48,915 nt of DNA from Clostridia bacterium (GTDB taxonomy: Bacteria > Bacillota > Clostridia > Oscillospirales > CAG-272). The stretch is from the NCBI GenBank assembly GCA_017463815.1, contig JAFTOK010000072.1, positions 1 to 48,915 of the forward strand, written 5' to 3'. Below, in pieces: positions 43,596 to 48,915 of this stretch. A model generated the notes under the pieces. That model did not search any database and was not told the DNA's origin. It saw only the letters and a list, made by a program, of their open reading frames with translations. How positions within the stretch are numbered: position 1 is the stretch's first letter; the number at the start of each line of letters is the position of its first letter. A program made the translations under genes and the position numbers.

Positions 43596-43616
43596 ATAAG
43601 AAATCTAATTTCTTAT
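43596..43616. promoter_or_regulatory. Perfect palindrome ATAAGAAAT-CTA-ATTTCTTAT upstream of the HTH gene (candidate operator)
   Basis: 9 bp arms read directly from the sequence. 28 nt upstream of the ATG. Confidence 0.35.
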
Positions 43617-43644
43617 ACTAAATATAATTAACGGAGAAAAAACA

Positions 43645-43899
43645 ATGTCAAACGAAGAAATCATCGAAAGAATACGCATTCGCAAGGAAAATTTTGTTCA
43701 TAACGTGATATGGTTACGCAAATATTACTGTATACCCAAAAAAAGAATGGCAGAACTTTTGGGAATATGCGTTTCAAGCTGGAATAAAATCGAAAAAGGT
43801 ATATTTCCCGGAAAAATGACTTCAAATATCGTAATAAACATTTGCGAAAATTTCCGCGTTACTTCCGATTCTCTTTTCGAGAAACGATTTGGGGAATAA
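43645..43899 (+). CDS. Small XRE-like HTH protein (84 aa)
   Basis: PKKRMAELLGICVSSWNKIEKG is an HTH-like segment. GGAG RBS, low GC, own terminator. Confidence 0.6.
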   Translation: MSNEEIIERIRIRKENFVHNVIWLRKYYCIPKKRMAELLGICVSSWNKIEKGIFPGKMTSNIVINICENFRVTSDSLFEKRFGE

Positions 43900-43909
43900 A
43901 CTTGCCGAC

Positions 43910-43938
43910 AAAAAAACGCACCTGCGGGTGCGTTTTTT
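43910..43938 (+). terminator. Intrinsic terminator
   Basis: CGCACC-TGCG-GGTGCG followed by T6, preceded by an A-run. Confidence 0.7.
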
Positions 43939-44011
43939 CTCGTTCTAGTGTGTTGATAAAGTCGGTTCAAAATTTTTCTTTCGGCAATTTAGACAAAAGT
44001 AATTATTAGTA

Positions 44012-44126
44012 GCCTTCCCCAGCGGGGGAAGGTGGCAGCCGAAGGCTGACGGATGAGGTGTTTTTAGGCAGAACTTACTCCTCATCCACCGTCTGCGACG
44101 GTCCCTCTTCTCCCACAGGAGAAGGC
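44012..44126. repeat. Multi-hairpin dyad repeat, copy D
   Basis: CCTTCCCC-AGCG-GGGGAAGG; CAGCC-GAA-GGCTG; GGATGAGG...CCTCATCC; CCGTC-TGC-GACGG; TCTTCTCC-CACA-GGAGAAGG. Confidence 0.7.
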
Positions 44127-44180
44127 TTAACCTGTTAATTTTTTATTTTCTGATTTTTTACACGGCTTTTTCTTTTTGCG

Positions 44181-45311
44181 TTATTTCATTTCGATAAGCT
44201 CGTATTGCGAGGTTCCAAGACCGATTTTTTCCGCGTGCTCCAGGCAGCTTCTCCATTCGGATTCGGGGCGGGAGTTTTTGAAGTGGTCGTGGTGGTCGCA
44301 GAAATCGTGCTTTGCCATATTGTCTGCAAGCTGGCTTCCCGGCAGGGGCTTTTGCTTGAGGCACGCGTCCACGCACGCGCGGTCGAGCGCAAGCGGGTCT
44401 GTGGAGGCGAACATACCCACGTTGGGCAGGATGGGCGCATCGTTTTCTGCGTGGCAATCGCAGTTTGGCGAAACGTCCACGATAAGCGAGATGTGGAAGT
44501 TCGGTCTGCCGTCTACCACGGCTTTCGTGTACTCAGCCATACGGCAGTTGAGCACCTTTGTGGCGTTGTCGTTCTTAAAACGGATAGCGTCGAAATTGCA
44601 CGCGCCAAGGCACCTGCCGCAGCCAACGCAATTTTCCGTATTTACCGTCATTTTCTTCTTTTCCGCATCGAAAACGAGGCCGTTGTTTGCACATTCACGC
44701 AGGCAAAGGCGGCAACCGCGGCATTTTGCTTCTTTTATAAAGGGTTTGCCGCTACTGTGCTGTTCCGTTTTGCCCGCACGGGAGCCGCAACCCATACCTA
44801 TGTTCTTTATAGCGCCGCCAAAGCCCGTCATTTCGTGGCCTTTGAAGTGAGTGAGGCTTATAAATACGTCGGCATCCATAACCGCCCTGCCGATTTTCGC
44901 AGTTTTTACGTATTCGCCGCCCGCAACGGGCACTTCTATATCGTCCGTGCCCTTAAGCCCGTCGCCGATTATGATGGGGCAACCCACCGTGAGCGGTGTA
45001 AACCCGTTTTCCCAGGCACATTCCAGGTGCTCCAGCGCGTTTTTTCTGCTGCCGGGGTACATCGTGTTACAGTCCGTGAGGAACGGCTTGCCGCCGAGCT
45101 CTTTTACGACGTCCACCACGGCGCGCGCATAGTTCGGGCGCAGGTAGCTTATGTTGCCAAGCTCGCCAAAGTGCAGTTTTATAGCCACAAACTTGCCCTC
45201 TAGGTTAAGCTCTGCGATTCCCGCCGTTTTCATAAGTCTTTTTAGCTTCGTGGGCAAGCCCTCGCCGAGCTTCGCACGAAAATCTGTAAAATATACTTTT
45301 GCTTTTTCCAT
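44181..45311 (-). CDS. DUF362-domain protein with two 4Fe-4S ferredoxin-type cluster motifs
   Basis: CRGCRLCLREC and CVGCGRCLGAC motifs. N-terminal DUF362-like region (FVAIKLHFGE, FLTDCNT). Confidence 0.8.
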   Translation of the reverse strand: MEKAKVYFTDFRAKLGEGLPTKLKRLMKTAGIAELNLEGKFVAIKLHFGELGNISYLRPNYARAVVDVVKELGGKPFLTDCNTMYPGSRKNALEHLECAWENGFTPLTVGCPIIIGDGLKGTDDIEVPVAGGEYVKTAKIGRAVMDADVFISLTHFKGHEMTGFGGAIKNIGMGCGSRAGKTEQHSSGKPFIKEAKCRGCRLCLRECANNGLVFDAEKKKMTVNTENCVGCGRCLGACNFDAIRFKNDNATKVLNCRMAEYTKAVVDGRPNFHISLIVDVSPNCDCHAENDAPILPNVGMFASTDPLALDRACVDACLKQKPLPGSQLADNMAKHDFCDHHDHFKNSRPESEWRSCLEHAEKIGLGTSQYELIEMK

Positions 45312-45333
45312 AATTTTCTCCGTTCAAAATGTT

Positions 45334-46692
45334 TTATGCTCCGGCAAGCGCCGCTGTTATATCTCTGCTCATACCGTCTACTATGGCTTCAACCAGCGCC
45401 ATATCGTCGCCCTCTGCCATTATGCGTATCAGCGGCTCTGTGCCCGAGGGACGCACCACAACTCTGCCGTTCTGCCCCAAGGCTTCTTTTGCTTCGTCCA
45501 GTATTTCGCGCACCTTATCGCTTGTGTAAAATTCCAGCTTCTGTTCGTGGTTGGCGCGTATATTCTTCGTAACCTGCGGATATTGCTTCATAACCTTGCC
45601 CGCCTCGGAAAGCGAAATTCCCTTTCTGCAAAGCACGGAAAGAAGCTGAAGCGCCGTAAGCTGCCCATCGCCCGCCGTGGCGAAATCGCGGAAAATGACG
45701 TGCCCCGTCTGCTCTCCGCCGAAATAGTAATCCTCCAAAAGCATCTTTTCCAGCACATATCTGTCGCCAACCTTTGTGCGCACAAATCTTATGCCGTTTT
45801 CTTCGCAGAATTTGCCCAAGCCAAAGTTGGAAACTATCGTGCCGACAAGCGCGTTGCCCGTAAGCCTGCCGCGTTCCTTCATATCCTTCGCTATAATTGC
45901 CATAATAAGGTCGCCGTCTACAATGCTTCCCTTTTCGTCTACACAAAGGCACCTGTCGGCGTCGCCGTCGAACGCTATGCCCATAAACAGCCCGTTTTCC
46001 ACAACGTACTTCTGCAGAACCTCCAGATGTGTAGAGCCGCACCCCTCGTTTATATTATATCCGTCGGGCTCGCAAGCGAGCATATGGCATTTTGCGCCCA
46101 ACCCCTCAAAAAGCTCCTTCGCCGTGCCGGAGGCAGAGCCGTTTGCGCAGTCTATGGCTATTTCCACGCCGTCGAAAGCGTAAAGCACCGTGGAGCGTAT
46201 ATGCGCTATATAATCCTTTGCCGCGTCTGCCGCGTGCGTGACTGTACCAACCATATCAGGGGTAACCGTGCCGAGCTTTTCGGGCGCGTCCAGCACGAGG
46301 TATTCCACGCGTTCTTCCAGCGCGTCGGGCAGTTTCATACCCGCCTCACCGAAAATTTTTATACCGTTGAACTCGCTCGGGTTGTGGGAAGCGGAAATCA
46401 TAATGCCCGCGTGCGCTTTGTATTTGCCGATAAGATATGCAACGGCAGGCGTCGGCACAACGCCGAGATTTATAACGTCCATACCCGCAGAGCAAAGCCC
46501 CGCACTCATAGCGCAAGCGAGCATTTCGCTCGATTGGCGCGTGTCCATACCGAGCACCACCGTGTCTGCGCGTTTGTGCCTGCCCTTGTTAAGCACGTTT
46601 GCAATAGCCCTGCCGAGCTGCATAGCCGTTTCACACGTCAGCTCCGTGTTCGCTATGCCGCGGATACCGTCTGTTCCGAAAAGTCTTCCCAT
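45334..46692 (-). CDS. glmM: Phosphoglucosamine mutase
   Basis: MGRLFGTDGIRG, the SASHNP phosphoserine loop and GEQTGH motifs. Start trimmed to the ATG after AAGAGGG. Confidence 0.95.
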   Translation of the reverse strand: MGRLFGTDGIRGIANTELTCETAMQLGRAIANVLNKGRHKRADTVVLGMDTRQSSEMLACAMSAGLCSAGMDVINLGVVPTPAVAYLIGKYKAHAGIMISASHNPSEFNGIKIFGEAGMKLPDALEERVEYLVLDAPEKLGTVTPDMVGTVTHAADAAKDYIAHIRSTVLYAFDGVEIAIDCANGSASGTAKELFEGLGAKCHMLACEPDGYNINEGCGSTHLEVLQKYVVENGLFMGIAFDGDADRCLCVDEKGSIVDGDLIMAIIAKDMKERGRLTGNALVGTIVSNFGLGKFCEENGIRFVRTKVGDRYVLEKMLLEDYYFGGEQTGHVIFRDFATAGDGQLTALQLLSVLCRKGISLSEAGKVMKQYPQVTKNIRANHEQKLEFYTSDKVREILDEAKEALGQNGRVVVRPSGTEPLIRIMAEGDDMALVEAIVDGMSRDITAALAGA

Positions 46693-46799
46693 TGTTCCCT
46701 CTTTCCGAACGCGCACGCGTTCTTTGTAAAATTATCTTTACTTATTATTTTACCATATAATTCAAAACTTTACAACAAGCAAATTGAAAAGCTTCAGGG

Positions 46800-46969
46800 T
46801 TTTTGAATGAGTTAATAAAATATGAACAAAGTCAAATCAAGCAATAAAAAATCCGGTTTAGTTGGCCTTCCCCTAGCATCAGCGATAGGGGAAGCCCATC
46901 AAGTCAGTTTTTGCCCAAAACAATCAATACAAAAATGTCGTGTTCATAAATTGTTTACTCATTCAAAAA
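46800..46969. repeat. MITE-like unit: 28 bp imperfect terminal inverted repeats flanking ~114 bp
   Basis: TTTTTGAATGAGTTAATAAAATATGAAC (46800-46827) against the reverse complement of 46942-46969, 24/28 identical. The interior carries the GGCCTTCCCC...GGGGAAGCCC hairpin. Confidence 0.45.
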
Positions 46970-47000
46970 CCGTGTGGAAAGTTTTAAGACGAGATTTTAC

Positions 47001-47040
47001 AAAAAATTCCGCACACTCACGTGTACGGAATTTTGTATTT
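47001..47040. terminator. Bidirectional terminator (serves the minus-strand LysM gene)
   Basis: 12 bp stem AATTCCGCACAC/GTGTACGGAATT (1 mismatch) flanked by A6 and a T-run. Confidence 0.6.
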
Positions 47041-47067
47041 ATATGACGGGTTCGCCATAACTGTTTT

Positions 47068-47673
47068 TTATTTTCTTATAAACATCTGTGTCCAATAATT
47101 TCCGTCGTCAACATATCCCACGCCAATGTGCGTAAAAGAAGAATTCAAAATATTTGCACGGTGGCCGGAGGAATTCATCCACGCATTCACGACAGCCTGG
47201 GGGCTTCTTTGCCCTCGTGCTATATTTTCCCCCGCGCTTCTGTATGTGATGCCGAAGTTTTTTATCATTTGAAAAGGAGTTCCGTATACAGGGCTTGTGT
47301 GAGAAAAATATTTATTGTCTTTCATATCCTGCGATTTATAGCGCGCAACACGGCCCAGCTCCCAATCGTATGTAAGCTCCTTTAAACCGTTTTGCACTCT
47401 GATTTCATTCACAAGCCTGATAACCTCTTGTTCATAGCTTAAAACGGTGCTGTTCTCCGCAGGTATTGTCAAAACCTGCCCGGGGTATATTAAATCGGCG
47501 TCGCGTATGTGCGGGTTTGCCGCTTTGAGCTCGCTCAGCCCCACCTGATATTTCACGGCAATCTTCCACATAGTATCGCCAGCCGCCACCGTATGGGAAG
47601 AAGCCGCCGATACGCTTATGGCAAACACAACACTAATTGCAACACTTAAAATAAAAACAAATAGTTTTTTCAT
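47068..47673 (-). CDS. Secreted LysM-domain plus CAP/SCP (YkwD-like) protein
   Basis: Signal peptide. LysM (HTVAAGDTMWKIAVKYQVGLSELKAANP...IYPGQVLTIP). SCP motifs (GENIARG, WMNSSGHRANILN). GGAGG lies 8 nt before the ATG giving MKKLFVF. Confidence 0.8.
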   Translation of the reverse strand: MKKLFVFILSVAISVVFAISVSAASSHTVAAGDTMWKIAVKYQVGLSELKAANPHIRDADLIYPGQVLTIPAENSTVLSYEQEVIRLVNEIRVQNGLKELTYDWELGRVARYKSQDMKDNKYFSHTSPVYGTPFQMIKNFGITYRSAGENIARGQRSPQAVVNAWMNSSGHRANILNSSFTHIGVGYVDDGNYWTQMFIRK

Positions 47674-47918
47674 CTGTTGCACCTCCATATATAGATTTAA
47701 ATTTTCTCGATGAATGTATACCCGTTGTATATATATTGTAACATATTTTCCACCGTAATTCAAATGTAAGTCTTGGTAATGCCCCTACGCGTACTACGCA
47801 AGGGCAAATTTCGTTGAAAAAAGAAAGCAAGTCTTTAGGGTCGTACCCTAAAGGACAGTTTTGCAAGAATACGGTATATCTCGAAAGAGGTATGCCGTAT
47901 TCTTGCTTTTTTTAGTCC

Positions 47919-48915
47919 TTACGCGGATTTACGGATTTCTTCCATCATTTCGCGGAGTTCGTTCTCGTCGGGAATGTCGATCAGACCTGCCGCCGTAAAG
48001 TAAACGTCAAGCTTTACTCGCTTTCTTCCGTCAACCTTTTCGCTGTTGTGAACCTCAATTCGTCGTATAAGTCGATTAACGATTTCGGGAGTAAGCTCCT
48101 TAATATCGGTACACTTACGGATGGTTTCAAGGAATATACGGAGATCTACCTTATCTTGCTCAAATACCTTTAAGGAGTTTTCTGCCTTTGCAACCGCTTC
48201 TATGAGTGCTTTTTGTTCCGCCTCATATTTACCCATCATTTTAGAGAAACGGTCATCGGGAATTTTACCGAGCACGTTATCCTCGTACAAACGCTCAATC
48301 ATAGTGTCGATCTCGGCAATTCGGCGCTTGTCTTTCTCAATGGAAGCCTTCATATTCCGCACGTTAGTTTCCTTCGTGATATTATGCTTCTTGGCATACA
48401 TATAAAGGAACACCGCCTCGTACTGCTGAATAAAGAGTGCTACGCGCTTTACAAGTTCAAGCATCATTTCCCTTAAAACGACTTCACGAATAAAGTGGAT
48501 AGTACAACCACCTCGACTTTCCTTGTAGGCAGAGCATCGGTGAAACTCTTGGTGCGGTTTTATGCTTTTTGCCGCGCAGAAGTAAAGCTTCGATCCACAA
48601 TCAGCGCAGTAGAGCAAACCCGAAAACAGACTCTCTCTACCCGTTGCGGTGTTTCGTCTGCGACCATCACGAAGCTCTTGAACACGATTGAAGGTATCTT
48701 CGTCTATGATAGCTTCTTGGGTATTCGGAATGATCTGCCATTCTTCCTCGGGATTGTAAACCGTCTTGTGAACCTTATAGCTGACGAGTGAAGTCTTGAA
48801 ATTGACTGTGCAACCCGTGTACTGCCGGTTCGCCAAAATGTGCTTGATGGTTGAGGTATCCCAAGCATATTCACCTCGCTTTGGCATAGGATTTGAAGTC
48901 TTACGCCCGATTGAC
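47919..48915 (-). CDS. Large serine recombinase, C-terminal part (recombinase domain, zinc ribbon, coiled coil). The gene continues beyond the window edge.
   Basis: LYCADCGSKL...HRCSAY zinc-ribbon Cys pattern, then a coiled-coil tail. The frame stays open upstream of the track Met to position 48915, so the N-terminal resolvase domain lies outside the window. Confidence 0.85.
   Translation of the reverse strand, partial: SIGRKTSNPMPKRGEYAWDTSTIKHILANRQYTGCTVNFKTSLVSYKVHKTVYNPEEEWQIIPNTQEAIIDEDTFNRVQELRDGRRRNTATGRESLFSGLLYCADCGSKLYFCAAKSIKPHQEFHRCSAYKESRGGCTIHFIREVVLREMMLELVKRVALFIQQYEAVFLYMYAKKHNITKETNVRNMKASIEKDKRRIAEIDTMIERLYEDNVLGKIPDDRFSKMMGKYEAEQKALIEAVAKAENSLKVFEQDKVDLRIFLETIRKCTDIKELTPEIVNRLIRRIEVHNSEKVDGRKRVKLDVYFTAAGLIDIPDENELREMMEEIRKSA

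Noticed and set aside
39070-44126. The multi-hairpin repeats as a CRISPR array or as tRNA-like genes.
   Set aside because: The copies are 1-3 kb apart and separated by genes. They are internally dyad-symmetric rather than direct repeats with unique spacers, and no cas genes are present. Despite the cloverleaf-like fold they lack T-loop (GTTCRANYC) and D-loop consensus and lack the acceptor-stem geometry of tRNAs.

Overview
This is a roughly 55% GC chromosomal segment from a spore-forming, Clostridia-type Firmicute. The evidence is spoIVA, spoVG, a GerA-type germinant receptor, a SleC-type cortex-lytic enzyme and a SCIFF peptide. Most of the window is housekeeping: rbfA-nrnA-truB, rplS, an amino-acid ABC transporter, murC, pyk, citrate synthase, ilvA-ridA and glmM. 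It also holds a ~9.7 kb aromatic amino-acid supraoperon on the minus strand (aminotransferase-pheA-aroB-aroC-aroE/aroK fusion-aroQ-aroA-tyrA-DAHP synthase), followed by nadE and dCMP deaminase. Three signals are not in the ORF track. (1) A 48-codon SCIFF six-cysteine RiPP precursor at 32758-32904, next to its radical-SAM/SPASM maturase; its core lacks the canonical Thr acceptor. (2) A 23-codon Phe/Tyr-rich leader peptide with competing antiterminator and terminator helices, between a perfect sigma-A promoter and the aromatic operon. (3) A family of ~115-130 nt dyad-symmetric multi-hairpin intergenic repeats, with four full copies plus fragments. These repeats bracket small low-GC cassettes: a streptothricin-acetyltransferase-like GNAT plus a second GNAT, and an orphan HTH gene. 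Other notable items are a SleC homologue split into separate N-terminal-domain and catalytic genes, a BlaI/BlaR1-type pair whose sensor domain is not a PBP, a tandem hairpin array inside the aro operon, and a MITE-like inverted repeat. The window ends inside a large serine recombinase gene. Many long ORFs in the track are antisense shadows of real genes. Coordinates I derived by hand (small ORFs, hairpins, promoters, corrected starts) may be off by 1-2 nt.
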